Below are positions 20,515 through 34,679 of a stretch of 64,000 nucleotides of DNA, piece by piece (the first letter of the stretch is position 1; every line of letters starts with the position of its first letter). The stretch lies in NCBI GenBank assembly GCA_963422375.2, contig OY729428.2, positions 800,001-864,000 of the forward strand, in the 5' to 3' direction. Origin of the DNA: Bryobacterales bacterium (GTDB lineage: Bacteria > Acidobacteriota > Terriglobia > Bryobacterales > UBA6623). Position numbers and translations under genes: made by a program. The notes under the pieces were generated by a model that did not search any database, had not been told where the DNA came from, and saw only the letters and a program-made list of their open reading frames with translations.

Positions 20515-21996
20515 ATGCCGACCCGCTCGCTCGGCTGCCTCGCAGCCCTCGCCCTGCTGGCCTGCCAGGCCGCCGTCCATGATCGCCCGCCGAACTTCGT
20601 GGTTATATTCGCCGACGATCTCGGCTACGCAGACCTTTCGTCGTTCGGCTCGACCCGCCACAGGACCCCCCGCCTCGACCGCATGGCCGAGGAGGGCGTG
20701 CGCCTGACCGACTTCTACGTGCCGATGCCGTTCTGCGGCCCGTCGCGAGGGACGCTCATGACGGGGCGCTACCCCTTCCGCAACGGGCTGGTCTCGAATC
20801 CGTCGCCCGACGCCGGACGCAACGATATCGGCCTCCCGCCTTCGGAGATCACGATCGCCGAAGCGCTCAAGCCGCTCGGCTACGCGACCGCCGCCATCGG
20901 CAAGTGGCACCTCGGCCACGCCGAGGAGTTCCTTCCCCGCAGGCAGGGCTTCGACGAGTACTACGGAATCCTGTACTCGAACGACATGCGGCCGGTGCAG
21001 CTGGTCGCGAACGAATCCGTGACGCAGTACCCCGTCTTCCAGCCCGGGCTGACCCGCGACTACACCCGCAGGGCCGTCGACTTCATCGAGCGCAATCGCG
21101 ACCGGCCGTTCTTTCTGTACCTGCCGCACGCGATGCCGCACAAGCCGCTCGCGGCGTCCGACGACTTCTACACGCCGGAGACCCCGGACGACCTTTACAG
21201 CGACGTGATTCGCGAACTCGACTGGTCGGTCGGCCAAGTGCTGGACACGCTGAGGCAGAGCGGCCTGGACGAAAGCACCTTCGTGTTATTCGCCTCCGAC
21301 AACGGGGCGACGTTCGGCGGCAGCAACCTTCCGCTCCGGGCCATGAAGGGATCGAGCTTCGACGGCGGGGTGCGCGTGCCCGCGATCGCCCGCTGGCCCG
21401 GACGGATCCCGGGCGGCCGGGTGTCGGCTGAGGTAGTCGCGTCGATCGACGTCTTTCCCACGATCGCCGGGGCGGCGGGCGCGGACCTGCCGTCGGACCG
21501 CGTGATCGACGGCAAGGACATCCTGCCCCTGCTAGAGGGCCGGGCCTCGGCCTCCCCGCACGAAGCCGTCTTCGCGATGGCCGGCGGCCGGCTGCGCATG
21601 ATCCGCTCGGGCCGCTGGAAGCTCCACGCGCGGGCGCCCGCGCCCGGGTTCCGCTGCCTGGACGACGCCAGCGGCTGGAAGGACCCCCGCGGCCCGGACG
21701 GCATCACGATTCTCGCCCAGTTCGAGCAGGCCGATCCCACGCGGTGCCCCGGCGTCCGGACCGGGCCCGAGCCCCGGCCGATGATGCTGTTCGACATGCA
21801 GGCCGACCCGTCCGAGCAGCGCGATGTCGCCGCGGAGCATCCCGAGGTCGTGGAGCGCCTCAAGGCGATCTTCGACCGGATCGACGCCGAAGCACCGGCG
21901 AGCTACCCGGGGTCCGCCCGCTTGCCGGAGCTGCTGCGGCTGAGGGGCGGGGAGCTGCGCTACGACCGGAGGATCGAGCCGCTGCCCTTCGACTAG
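20515..21996 (+). CDS. Sulfatase (arylsulfatase A-like, S1 family), probable lipoprotein
   Basis: LLAC lipobox; PNFVVIFADDLG; CGPSR; GKWHLG; YSNDM; SDNG. Confidence 0.92.
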   Translation: MPTRSLGCLAALALLACQAAVHDRPPNFVVIFADDLGYADLSSFGSTRHRTPRLDRMAEEGVRLTDFYVPMPFCGPSRGTLMTGRYPFRNGLVSNPSPDAGRNDIGLPPSEITIAEALKPLGYATAAIGKWHLGHAEEFLPRRQGFDEYYGILYSNDMRPVQLVANESVTQYPVFQPGLTRDYTRRAVDFIERNRDRPFFLYLPHAMPHKPLAASDDFYTPETPDDLYSDVIRELDWSVGQVLDTLRQSGLDESTFVLFASDNGATFGGSNLPLRAMKGSSFDGGVRVPAIARWPGRIPGGRVSAEVVASIDVFPTIAGAAGADLPSDRVIDGKDILPLLEGRASASPHEAVFAMAGGRLRMIRSGRWKLHARAPAPGFRCLDDASGWKDPRGPDGITILAQFEQADPTRCPGVRTGPEPRPMMLFDMQADPSEQRDVAAEHPEVVERLKAIFDRIDAEAPASYPGSARLPELLRLRGGELRYDRRIEPLPFD

Positions 21997-22009
21997 GCCG
22001 GGACGCCGC

Positions 22010-23296
22010 CTATCGGCGCGCGATCGCGCCGAGCACGTCGAAGAATTCCGGGTACGACACGCCCGCGGCATCGGCATCGGCCAAGGTCGACTCGCCGTCG
22101 GCGGCGAGCGCTGCCACGGCGAACGCCATCGCGATGCGGTGGTCCCCGCAGGAGTCGAGTTCCGCGGCCCGCAGATCGCAGCCGCCCTCGATGTCCATCC
22201 CCGCGGGGTGCTCCGTGACACGCGCGCCCATCCGCCGCAGGTTCCTCGCGACCGTGGCGATGCGGTCGGTCTCCTTGACGCGCAGCTCGCCTGCGTCCCG
22301 GATGCGCAAGCCCCCCTCGGAGACGGCGCCGAGTACCGCGAGCATCGGGATCTCGTCGATGACCCCGGCCGTTGTCGCGCCCGATATGACGCCGCCGGCC
22401 AGCCGGCCGGCGCCGCGCACCGCGAGCGACCCCACGGCTTCGCCGCACTCGTCCGGATGGGAATGCACCTCGATGCGGGCCCCCATCCGCCGCAGCACCG
22501 ACAGGACCGCGGCGCGGGTGGGATTCAGGCCGACCCGCTCGATTCGCAGTTCGGAGCCGCGCAGCAGCAGCGCGGCCGCGAGGAAGAATACCGCCGAGGA
22601 AATGTCGCTGGGGATGCGGATCGCGCGCGCCTCGAGCCGCGGCCGGCCGGTCAGCGAGACCGCGCGGCCGTCGACCCGCACGTCCGCGCCGAGTCGGCGG
22701 AGAGCGATCTCGGTGTGGTCGCGCGTCCGGACAGGCTCGACCACGGTCGTCGTTCCCGCTGCATGCAGCCCGGCCAGAAGCACGGCGCTCTTCACCTGGG
22801 CGCTGGCAACGGGGAGCTCGCAGCGAATCGCGCGCAGCCGGGCGCCGCGGATCTCCAGCGGAGGATACTGCCCGTCCCGCGCCTCGACGGACGCTCCCAT
22901 CCTCCGCAACGGGGTCGCGATGCGCTTCATCGGCCGTCGCGAAAGGGATTCGTCCCCGCGGAGAGTCGTCGCGAATGGCTGCCCCGCGAGTATCCCCGAC
23001 AGCAACCGCATGGTCGTGCCGGAATTGCCCGCGTCTAGCGCGGAGCCAGGGGCGCGCAGGCCTTCCGCGCCCGAGCCTTCAATCCGCACGCAGTTGCCCT
23101 CTCGCGCCCAGTCGACGCCTAGAGAGCGCAAGCACTCCAAGGTCGAAGCGCAGTCCGCCCCCGTGGAGTAGTTCGTGAGCACGCTCTGACCGCGCGCGAT
23201 GCCCGCGAGCATCGCATAGCGGTGCGAGATCGACTTGTCACCGGGCAGGGAAATCGCCCCATCGACGCCCGCAGCGGGCCGGATCGCACGCGACAT
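22010..23296 (-). CDS. aroA: 3-phosphoshikimate 1-carboxyvinyltransferase (EPSP synthase)
   Basis: PGDKSISHR, GNSGTTMRLL, SAQVKSA, RDHTE, RVKETDR, DHRIAM; ATG 23296 with GGAGG RBS. Confidence 0.96.
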   Translation of the reverse strand: MSRAIRPAAGVDGAISLPGDKSISHRYAMLAGIARGQSVLTNYSTGADCASTLECLRSLGVDWAREGNCVRIEGSGAEGLRAPGSALDAGNSGTTMRLLSGILAGQPFATTLRGDESLSRRPMKRIATPLRRMGASVEARDGQYPPLEIRGARLRAIRCELPVASAQVKSAVLLAGLHAAGTTTVVEPVRTRDHTEIALRRLGADVRVDGRAVSLTGRPRLEARAIRIPSDISSAVFFLAAALLLRGSELRIERVGLNPTRAAVLSVLRRMGARIEVHSHPDECGEAVGSLAVRGAGRLAGGVISGATTAGVIDEIPMLAVLGAVSEGGLRIRDAGELRVKETDRIATVARNLRRMGARVTEHPAGMDIEGGCDLRAAELDSCGDHRIAMAFAVAALAADGESTLADADAAGVSYPEFFDVLGAIARR

Positions 23297-23372
23297 GTGA
23301 CCTCCCATTATCCGGGAAGCGCAGCGGCGGCTCTCGCGGCGCACTGGGCCTGCCGAAACAAACACAGTCGGA

Positions 23373-23401
23373 TTGCGTTGAATCAATCAACCTGCTATTG
23401 T
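23373..23401 (+). promoter_or_regulatory. Putative sigma70 promoter of the lytic transglycosylase gene
   Basis: TTGCGT-17 nt-TATTGT with extended -10 TG, 6 nt before ATG 23408. Confidence 0.4.
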
Positions 23402-23407
23402 GTTTGA

Positions 23408-24103
23408 ATGGTGCTAGGGGCGCTTCTCGGGTTGCTGCTCTGCCCGCTCCCCGTGCGATCGGAATCCGACCCGAAACCCGCCGAGACCGGCCAGATTGCG
23501 CCCCCCGTGGATTCGACGGCAGCCCCCGTGAGGGGCCAGTCGACGACGGGATCTGCGGAGCATGGCGGGCAGGCGGAGGCGGAGGCGCCGGACGCAGGCG
23601 AGCCGGTTTGCGCCGCTGGCGCTGGATCCGACTTCGAAGCCTATGTGCGCGAAGTCGGGGCTGCCCACGGCGTCGATCCCGCCTTGGTTTTCGCCCTGAT
23701 CCGGGTGGAGAGCCGAGGCGAATCGAGCGCCGTTTCCCCGGGCGGCGCCATGGGCCTGATGCAGCTTATGCCGCATACAGCTGCCCGCTTCGGAGTGAGC
23801 GCCGCGCTGAATCCCTGCGAGAACGTGCTCGGGGGCGTGCGGTACCTGCGATATCTATCTGACCGGTACTCGAATCAGATCCGCGTCGTGCTGGCGGCCT
23901 ACCAGACCGGCGAGGGGCGGGTAGACCGCTACGGAGGCGTGCCGCCCTACAGCGTCACGCACAGGTTTATCGACCGAGTCCTGCGAATCCGCGAGTCGCT
24001 GCTGCCGGACCCGCTACCGGGCGGGGAAGAGCCCAGACCGGTGCGCCAAGCGATACCGCCGGACGGCGAGATCCCACAGGGCGCGGCCCCGCAGTCGCAG
24101 TAG
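23408..24103 (+). CDS. Lytic transglycosylase (SLT domain)
   Basis: LIRVES (catalytic Glu), GAMGLMQLMP, AAYQTG (variant of AAYNAG), YGGVPPY. Confidence 0.88.
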   Translation: MVLGALLGLLLCPLPVRSESDPKPAETGQIAPPVDSTAAPVRGQSTTGSAEHGGQAEAEAPDAGEPVCAAGAGSDFEAYVREVGAAHGVDPALVFALIRVESRGESSAVSPGGAMGLMQLMPHTAARFGVSAALNPCENVLGGVRYLRYLSDRYSNQIRVVLAAYQTGEGRVDRYGGVPPYSVTHRFIDRVLRIRESLLPDPLPGGEEPRPVRQAIPPDGEIPQGAAPQSQ

Positions 24104-24153
24104 CCGGAGGGCTTTACCGCCGCGAATCCTTTTCGCTGGACAGGCGTTGCCGA

Positions 24154-25887
24154 ATGACACGCAAGGATCGATCCGTCGCGTTCGCCGCAGCTCTCGCCGC
24201 CGGGCTGTTCGCGACGGGCACCCTTGCAGCGGCATCCAAGAGCGAGCAGGCCGCGAGCCATTACAAGTCCGCGTCGCAGCTATACGACGACCTGCAGCGA
24301 GTCCCGGAGCCGGAACTCGGGTTCCAGCAGTTCGAGCTGGTCATCTCCGCTATGGAGGCGGTGCAACGAACCGATCCATCCAGCGAACACTGCGACGACG
24401 CGCTCGTGGCTATCGGCGGACTGTACCGGAGCATGGCAGAGCGCTTCGGCGAGGACAAGTATCGCCTCAAGGCGATCGAGACCTACGAGTTCGTCGCGCG
24501 CGAGTACCCTCGGAGCCAGCATCGGGACTCGGCCCTCGAAATGGCCGCGCAAATCCGGGCGCGACTCCCGGCACAGCCGGCCGCCTTGGCCGCGACCGGC
24601 CGCCCATCCGGTCCCGCCGAGGCGGCACTCTCGGACGGAATCCATGCGGCAGGCACCACGGTGCATCCGTCGCGGGGCAGCGCGCCTCTGACAGTCTTCC
24701 GGCTCCGCCACCAAAGCTACGCGGACGGCACCCGGATCGTGCTGGACGTCCAGGGCGGCAGGGGAGCCCTCAAGTACGACCGGCTCCAAGGCCCCGCGCG
24801 GCTGTACATCGACCTTTTCGACAGCTATCTGTCGAGCAATCTGTCGAAGAATCTGCTGCACGGAGTGGGGAAACGCATTGACGACGGCCTGATCGCGAAC
24901 GCTCGCCTGGCGCAGAACCGGCGGAACAAGGCACGCTTGGTGCTTGACCTCGTCCGGCCGGTGTCCTTCGACGCGTTCTGGCTCGACAACCCCGCCCGCC
25001 TCGTGCTGGATCTCCGGGCGTCCGGCACGCCGAGACTGGCGCGCACGCGGGAGGCGCTCACTTCGACGCCGACCGAGGTCGCGTCCGCGCCGGCGACAAC
25101 GCAGGCTCCGAGGGCCGCGGACGCGACCGCCGACGGGAGCATGACGAACATCCGCGCCCTAGCCCTCAAGGCCGGCAGGATTGTCGTGGACGCAGGCCAC
25201 GGCGGGCACGACACCGGCTCGGTCGGCCCGCGCGGGCTGCGCGAGAAGGACGTGGTACTAGATATCGCGACGCGACTGGGCACCCTGCTGGAGGAGCAAC
25301 TGGGAGCGGAAGTGATCCAGACGCGGAGTTCGGACGTATTCGTGGAACTGAAGGAGCGCGCTAGGATCGCGAACGAGCGCGACGCCGACCTGATGGTCTC
25401 GATCCACTGCAATTCCGCTCCGGCTTCCCACGTGCGCGGGATCGAGACATACTACCTTAGCCTCACGACCGAGCCGTGGGCGCTGAGCGTCGCCGCGCAA
25501 GAGAACGCCACTTCCAGCTACACCATCAGCGAACACAAGAGCCTGATCGAGAGGATCGACCGCCACCAGAAGAAGGAGGAGTCGAAGGAATTCGCCCAGC
25601 GCATCCAGTCCAGCCTCCACCGAGGCCTGTCGAGGCACTCGTCTAGGATCCGCGACCGCGGGATCCGCAAGGGGCCGTTCACCGTCCTGATGGAGACCCG
25701 GGTGCCGGCCGCTCTGGTGGAGGTCGGCTTTCTCAGCAACAGGGACGACGAAGCGCTCCTGCAGCAACTCTCGTTCCGCCAGGAAGTAGCGGAGCACCTG
25801 TTCGCCGGCATCCAGGAGTACATTCGCAGCCTCGGCACGCCCCGGATGCGCACGGCCCTGGCCGCCGGCTCGGAGGAACGCGAGTGA
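24154..25887 (+). CDS. N-acetylmuramoyl-L-alanine amidase (Amidase_3) with N-terminal helical and AMIN-like regions
   Basis: VVDAGHGGHDTG, EKD, SIHCN, LVEVGF; ARLVLDL and NPARLVLDL AMIN-like segments; signal peptide. Confidence 0.92.
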   Translation: MTRKDRSVAFAAALAAGLFATGTLAAASKSEQAASHYKSASQLYDDLQRVPEPELGFQQFELVISAMEAVQRTDPSSEHCDDALVAIGGLYRSMAERFGEDKYRLKAIETYEFVAREYPRSQHRDSALEMAAQIRARLPAQPAALAATGRPSGPAEAALSDGIHAAGTTVHPSRGSAPLTVFRLRHQSYADGTRIVLDVQGGRGALKYDRLQGPARLYIDLFDSYLSSNLSKNLLHGVGKRIDDGLIANARLAQNRRNKARLVLDLVRPVSFDAFWLDNPARLVLDLRASGTPRLARTREALTSTPTEVASAPATTQAPRAADATADGSMTNIRALALKAGRIVVDAGHGGHDTGSVGPRGLREKDVVLDIATRLGTLLEEQLGAEVIQTRSSDVFVELKERARIANERDADLMVSIHCNSAPASHVRGIETYYLSLTTEPWALSVAAQENATSSYTISEHKSLIERIDRHQKKEESKEFAQRIQSSLHRGLSRHSSRIRDRGIRKGPFTVLMETRVPAALVEVGFLSNRDDEALLQQLSFRQEVAEHLFAGIQEYIRSLGTPRMRTALAAGSEERE

Positions 25888-25935
25888 CAGGACGCGCACG
25901 CCCCGGCAACAAGCATCGCGGACGGCGGAGCCGGA

Positions 25936-27024
25936 TCAGGAGTGGCGCACCGCGACCTGTCCGGGATCCGGTCGCTGCCCGCGCCCTGGGTCCTGCGCGA
26001 CCCGCAGCGCCTTCCTCGTGATCGTGGACAGCGGCACCGAGCCCAGGTCGGAATCGGCCAGCCAGCGGTAGCCCGGCCCCGGGTCGCGCCGTGCGGTGGC
26101 ATGGTGGACGCGGCAGTCGAACTGCGTGGACGTGATAGCGTGCGAGAACCGGCCGAGGCGGCGCGGGCTGACCGAGACCAGCGGGCCCGGTCCGACCAGC
26201 GATTCCGCCGCCCCCTCGATCGTGGGGAGTTCCCAGAAGCCGGGCATGATGCCCGCGTCGGGCGGGCGCTGCCGCACCAAGACCCTTCCGTCCCGCCGAG
26301 CGACGGCGATGGAGAGCGCGGTCTTCCTCGCGGCACCCGTCGCGCCCTTCGCCGGCAGGTCGGCCGCCGTTCCGGCCGTGCGCGCAGCGCAGGAGTGCAT
26401 CCACGGGCACTGCGGGCAGGCTGGGGCACGGGGCACGCAGACCGTCGCGCCGAGTTCCATCAGCGCCTGCGTGAAGGCCCCCCGCTCGCCCGGCTGGGTC
26501 GCCTGCATGAGGCCCCCGCCGATTCCGGCCAGGGACCTCTTGGCCGAGGCGCTGCGGATGTCCCGACGCTCCTCCGCGAGCCGCGCCAGCACGCGGAACG
26601 CGTTGCCGTCCAGCGCCACGCGGGGCTCGTCGAAGGCAATGCTCGCGATCGCGGCAGCGGTGTACTCCCCGATGCCCGGCAGGGCTAGGATGCCCGCGTA
26701 TCCGGGCGGCCAGCGGCCGCCGAGCTCGTTCTCCACGCGCCTAGCTGCGTCGTGCATCATGCGAGCCCGTCGGTAGTATCCGAGACCCACCCAGGTCGCC
26801 AGCACCTCCTCCCGCGACGCGGCCGCCAGCGCGGTGATGTCGGGAAAGCGCGCCAAGAAGCGCTCGTAGTACGGGATGACCGTCCCGACGCGGGTCTGCT
26901 GGAGCATCACCTCCGAGATCCAGATGCGGTAGGGATCGCCCGTGTCCCTCCAAGGGAGCTCCCGGCGGTTCGCCCGGTACCAGTCCAGGATGCGCTGGAC
27001 GAGAGTGGCGGGCGCTGCCCTCAC
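25936..27024 (-). CDS. mutY: A/G-specific adenine glycosylase
   Basis: [39 protein letters not shown]-x6-C-x2-C-x5-C Fe-S motif; GTG 27024 overlaps the sdhB stop (GTGA). Confidence 0.93.
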   Translation of the reverse strand: MRAAPATLVQRILDWYRANRRELPWRDTGDPYRIWISEVMLQQTRVGTVIPYYERFLARFPDITALAAASREEVLATWVGLGYYRRARMMHDAARRVENELGGRWPPGYAGILALPGIGEYTAAAIASIAFDEPRVALDGNAFRVLARLAEERRDIRSASAKRSLAGIGGGLMQATQPGERGAFTQALMELGATVCVPRAPACPQCPWMHSCAARTAGTAADLPAKGATGAARKTALSIAVARRDGRVLVRQRPPDAGIMPGFWELPTIEGAAESLVGPGPLVSVSPRRLGRFSHAITSTQFDCRVHHATARRDPGPGYRWLADSDLGSVPLSTITRKALRVAQDPGRGQRPDPGQVAVRHS

Positions 27025-27767
27025 GCGCCCTTCAGCGCCGCCCGGAAGTAGTCCGCGTTCATCTCGGCGATGAAGTCGACGCTGATTTCCTTCGGACATG
27101 CGGCCTCGCAGTCCGACGTGTTCGTGCAGCTCCCGAAACCCTCCGCGTCCATCTGCTCGACCATCGCCCGGGCTCGCGAGTAGCGCTCGGGCTGCCCTTG
27201 GGGAAGGCGCCGGAGGTGCGCGAGCTTCGCGCCCGCGAACAGGGCCGCGGAGGCGTTCTTGCAGGCTGCCACGCACGCGGCGCAGCCGATGCAGGTGGCG
27301 GCGTCGAAGGCCGTGTCCGCCTGCGCCTTGGGAATAGGAATGAGATTCGCGTCGGGCGCCCCACCGGTGTTCACCGAAACGAACCCACCGGCCTGCACGA
27401 TCCGGTCGAGCGCGCTGCGGTCGACCACTAGGTCGCGAATGACGGGCAGGGCCGCGGCGCGCCATGGCTCGACCACGATCAGGTCGCCGTCGCTGAAGGA
27501 GCGCATGTGCAGCTGGCAGGTGGTGGTCCCGCCGTCCGGGCCGTGCGGTACGCCGTTGATCATGGCCGAGCACATCCCGCAGACTCCCTCGCGGCAGTCG
27601 TGATCGAAAGCGATCGGCTCCTCGCCGCCCACGATGAGCCCCTCGTTGACCTCGTCCAGCATTTCGAGGAACGACATGTCCGGGCTCACGTCGCGGACCT
27701 CGTACGTTCGGAACTCGCCGGCGCTGCCGGGCGAGTCCTGTCGCCAGACCTTGAGCGTGACTTGCAT
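27021..27767 (-). CDS. sdhB: Succinate dehydrogenase/fumarate reductase iron-sulfur subunit
   Basis: ATG 27767 [39 protein letters not shown]. Confidence 0.95.
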   Translation of the reverse strand: MQVTLKVWRQDSPGSAGEFRTYEVRDVSPDMSFLEMLDEVNEGLIVGGEEPIAFDHDCREGVCGMCSAMINGVPHGPDGGTTTCQLHMRSFSDGDLIVVEPWRAAALPVIRDLVVDRSALDRIVQAGGFVSVNTGGAPDANLIPIPKAQADTAFDAATCIGCAACVAACKNASAALFAGAKLAHLRRLPQGQPERYSRARAMVEQMDAEGFGSCTNTSDCEAACPKEISVDFIAEMNADYFRAALKGA

Positions 27768-27778
27768 CTCCCCTGCCC

Positions 27779-29689
<1,911 letters not shown>

Positions 29690-29692
29690 CGG

Positions 29693-30388
29693 TTACAGCA
29701 CCTCGTTGATCGGCTGGAGCACGCCGAGCAGGCAGAGCAGCGGAATCGAGACGTTGCCTGCCACGACGACGACCGCGAGCAGCCTGCCGCAGGCCTCGAG
29801 CCGGTGGCGCGCTCGCGGCCCGCTGAGGCCGACGCTGCGAAAGGCGCTGCCGACGCCGTGGCCGAGGTGCAGCCCGAGGAGGGCCATCGCAGCGATGTAG
29901 GAGGCGGCGACGAGGGGCTCGCGGAAGCCGAGGACAACCATCGAATACACGTCGTGGCGGCCCTGGCCGTCGTACATCTGGAAATGTTCCGGGTGGGTCG
30001 CCCCCACGGTGAAGTGCAGGAGGTGATACGTAACGAACGCCAGCAGCACCAAGCCGGTCAGCAGCATGTGTCGCGACGAGTACGTCGACAGCAGTGAGCG
30101 CTTGAGCGCGTAAGGCCGGGAGCGCGCCGCGCGATTCCGGAGCGACAGGGTTGCGATGCCCCAGACATGCACGGCCAGCGCCGCCAGCAGGCCCGCCCTA
30201 GCTACCCAGATCAGCCCGCCGGTGCTCTTGATGGCGGCCGCGTACGAGTTCAGCGCGTCCGCACCCAAGTAAATCTGGAGGTTGCCCAGCATGTGGAAGA
30301 ACACGAACAGTACCAGCACGGCACCGGACCCGGCGACGAGATACTTGATGCCAACAGTCGAGGCGAGCGCCCGCGTGGCTGCGTTCAT
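29693..30388 (-). CDS. sdhC: Succinate dehydrogenase cytochrome b subunit
   Basis: Five hydrophobic segments with His ligands (HMLGNL, VHV, YHLLHF, LHLGHG); directly upstream of sdhA. Confidence 0.92.
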   Translation of the reverse strand: MNAATRALASTVGIKYLVAGSGAVLVLFVFFHMLGNLQIYLGADALNSYAAAIKSTGGLIWVARAGLLAALAVHVWGIATLSLRNRAARSRPYALKRSLLSTYSSRHMLLTGLVLLAFVTYHLLHFTVGATHPEHFQMYDGQGRHDVYSMVVLGFREPLVAASYIAAMALLGLHLGHGVGSAFRSVGLSGPRARHRLEACGRLLAVVVVAGNVSIPLLCLLGVLQPINEVL

Positions 30389-30523
30389 CCGTGAAACTCC
30401 TTCGGGCTGGGAACCAAGGGAACTCTATAACTACGTTCGCCCCGAGCGAGGCGCAACGCCTAGCTGGCAAGCGCCCCATGCCGCCGCCCGCGAGCGATCA
30501 AGGAGCCGACGCCCGGTCGCGAC

Positions 30524-30703
30524 GTCCCCGCCACCGAGCGACTCAACACCGCTTAGTCCTGACCCCCTAGCCTCTCGTCGAGAGGGCTAAGCCCGGGAGG
30601 CGGGACGCACCTCCCGGGCTGCGCCGGAGTCTGCCCTCGGAAGGGCCCGACGTGTATCGATTCGCGCCCGGACGGAACCGGCCGGGCAGCACTGCCTCCG
30701 CCA
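30524..30703. ncRNA. Unidentified multi-hairpin structured element (candidate ncRNA or leader)
   Basis: Four stems: 30568-30589, 30590-30620 (11-bp perfect AGCCCGGGAGG/CCTCCCGGGCT), 30633-30646 and 30666-30687; no family recognised. Confidence 0.3.
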
Positions 30704-30706
30704 GTC

Positions 30707-31018
30707 CTAGCTAGCCTTCTCCACGCTTTCAATCGAGGTGATCTTCGTCCCCTCAACCTTGCCGGTCACGGTAACCTTCGCTCCAGCGTGGCCCGTGACC
30801 TTGTCCTGTTGCGCGACCTCGTAGATCTTGCCGTCGGCGGTCACGACCACCGCAGCCTCGCCGCCCTTGATGCATCCGGCGGCGCACTTGGCGTGCGCTT
30901 CGCCCGCCTTGCCGCCGTTGGCGCACTTGGCGTCCGTGACGTACCCGGTCACCGAGCTCGCGAAGCAGAGCCCCGTTACCGCAAGCGTCAGAACTAGGAG
31001 GGTGAGCAGTCTCTTCAT
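30707..31018 (-). CDS. Small secreted Cys/His-containing protein (possibly OB-fold-like)
   Basis: 103 aa; signal peptide; DAKC...HAKCAAGCIKGG, HAGAKVTVTG; RBS AGGAG. Confidence 0.8.
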   Translation of the reverse strand: MKRLLTLLVLTLAVTGLCFASSVTGYVTDAKCANGGKAGEAHAKCAAGCIKGGEAAVVVTADGKIYEVAQQDKVTGHAGAKVTVTGKVEGTKITSIESVEKAS

Positions 31019-31064
31019 GTTGATACTCCTTGGTACCGGCCTAGGAGCGGCCGGATTTCCTACG

Positions 31065-31091
31065 ATTATGCCACAAGCCTCGCGTCGTCAA
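31065..31091 (-). promoter_or_regulatory. Putative promoter of the small secreted protein gene
   Basis: Minus strand TTGACG...TG-G-CATAAT (extended -10; short 15-nt spacer). Confidence 0.35.
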
Positions 31092-31190
31092 GCGATATCC
31101 CGGGATTCGTAGCGAGTTTTTCCCGGCGCACATCCCGACGCGGGCGCGCCGAGCGAGGCTGCTACGCAGCCCGACCGCCGAGGAAACCGG

Positions 31191-33397
<2,207 letters not shown>

Positions 33398-34229
33398 AGC
33401 GCTCAAGTATCCTTGGAAGCTGGCCGGACTTAGGTGCCGGCAAGGGGGGCGGCAGTCGACAGCTCCAAGTGCTGACCGAGCCTAAACCCCATCGTAGCAC
33501 CCGAACGGCCGTCCGGACAACGGCTCGACTCGCACGCCAGGCTCGGCTGGGAGGTAACGCTCGGGGCAGCCCCGGCCGCCTGTGGCTGCAGTCGCTCGCC
33601 GAGCGGAGGGCCGGGTCGCCCTTGGAGCGCGACAGGCCGGAGGGGAGGGCCGCCGGGGGAAGAACGGTCTGGCGCAAGGCGAACGAAAAGGCTGGCGGGC
33701 CCGCGACGTGTCCAAGCGGGCCGCCCGGAAGCGTAAGTCAGCTAGTCGCCAACGACGCAATGCGTCCCGGTACCCGGCTTAGCAGCTTCAGAGTGGATTG
33801 CCCCGAAGCCCAAGCGCCGGAAACTTCGAGAGTTGTGCCACATTCAGTCATGAAGCGTCACGGAAACCAACGCCTACGGAAACCGCGGAAAGCGCAATTC
33901 CTGTCGATTAACGGCGAAAGTGTCGTCCCTGAGCTGGCGGACCACCCGGAAACCGAGGATCGTCCTGCCACCCACCTAACTCAAGACAATACGCGGCTCA
34001 ACTGCAACTAGCGAATTCGCTGACGGACGGGCATTGAAGGGTTGCTGCATCCGAGTCAGATTGGCCCCATTGGACAGGCTGTTTCGGCGTGAGGACGAAG
34101 CTTGGCAGGTGGCCTAGGATTCGATCTTCATCGCAAGGGCCTAGGCCATGCCGGGCTGTTCCGCAGCGCACGACTTGGGTTTGCTCAGGTCAGGCACGGT
34201 GTTCCACCATCCAGCCTTGCTTGGGCCAC

Positions 34230-34592
34230 TCACGAACCCTCCTCACGAGCCGCGACCAAAGTCGAGCCTACTTGGGGCTCGACACTTTGCACTTTGCGAG
34301 TGAAGTCGAGAATCTCCTCAAAGGCTGGGTGATCTAGGCCCCAGATGCTTTTCCTCGCGGCTACTCCCAGTGAAAGATTTGGTTCATCAGTGGTAGAAAT
34401 ATATGCCCGAACTACGGACTTTTCTGGCCTCTTCAGCTGTCTACAACTGATTGATTTTATGCAAGAAAAGTACTTCTCTATACAACAATATACTGGATCA
34501 TATCGGATAGATTCAATGACGACAGATTCAAGCATTTCCTTGCCTGTATCATCGGCGAGAATCATCACACCGATTGATGGATTTTGGCCCAC
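34230..34592 (-). pseudogene. DUF3226-like (Toprim-related) protein, N-terminally truncated
   Basis: GVMILADD..EMLES, EKSVVRAYI, LSLGVAARKSIWGLDHPAF resemble the DUF3226 C-terminus; directly downstream of the AAA ATPase; no N-terminal VEG motif found. Confidence 0.6.
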
Positions 34593-34679
34593 AAACTGAA
34601 AATGATCTGTTGGTTTTAGATGGCGTCCACAACGGGCTCTCTTCCACTACGCCTCATTTTGACACCTGCACGACAATGC

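Noticed and set aside
30524..30703. tRNA, SRP, tmRNA or 6S assignment for the hairpin element
   Set aside because: No T-loop GTTC, no SRP CAGG-GGAA-AGCAG core and no other diagnostic motif
33440..34229. Gene or IS in the gap between icd and the DUF3226-like fragment
   Set aside because: No recognisable protein motif or terminal repeat
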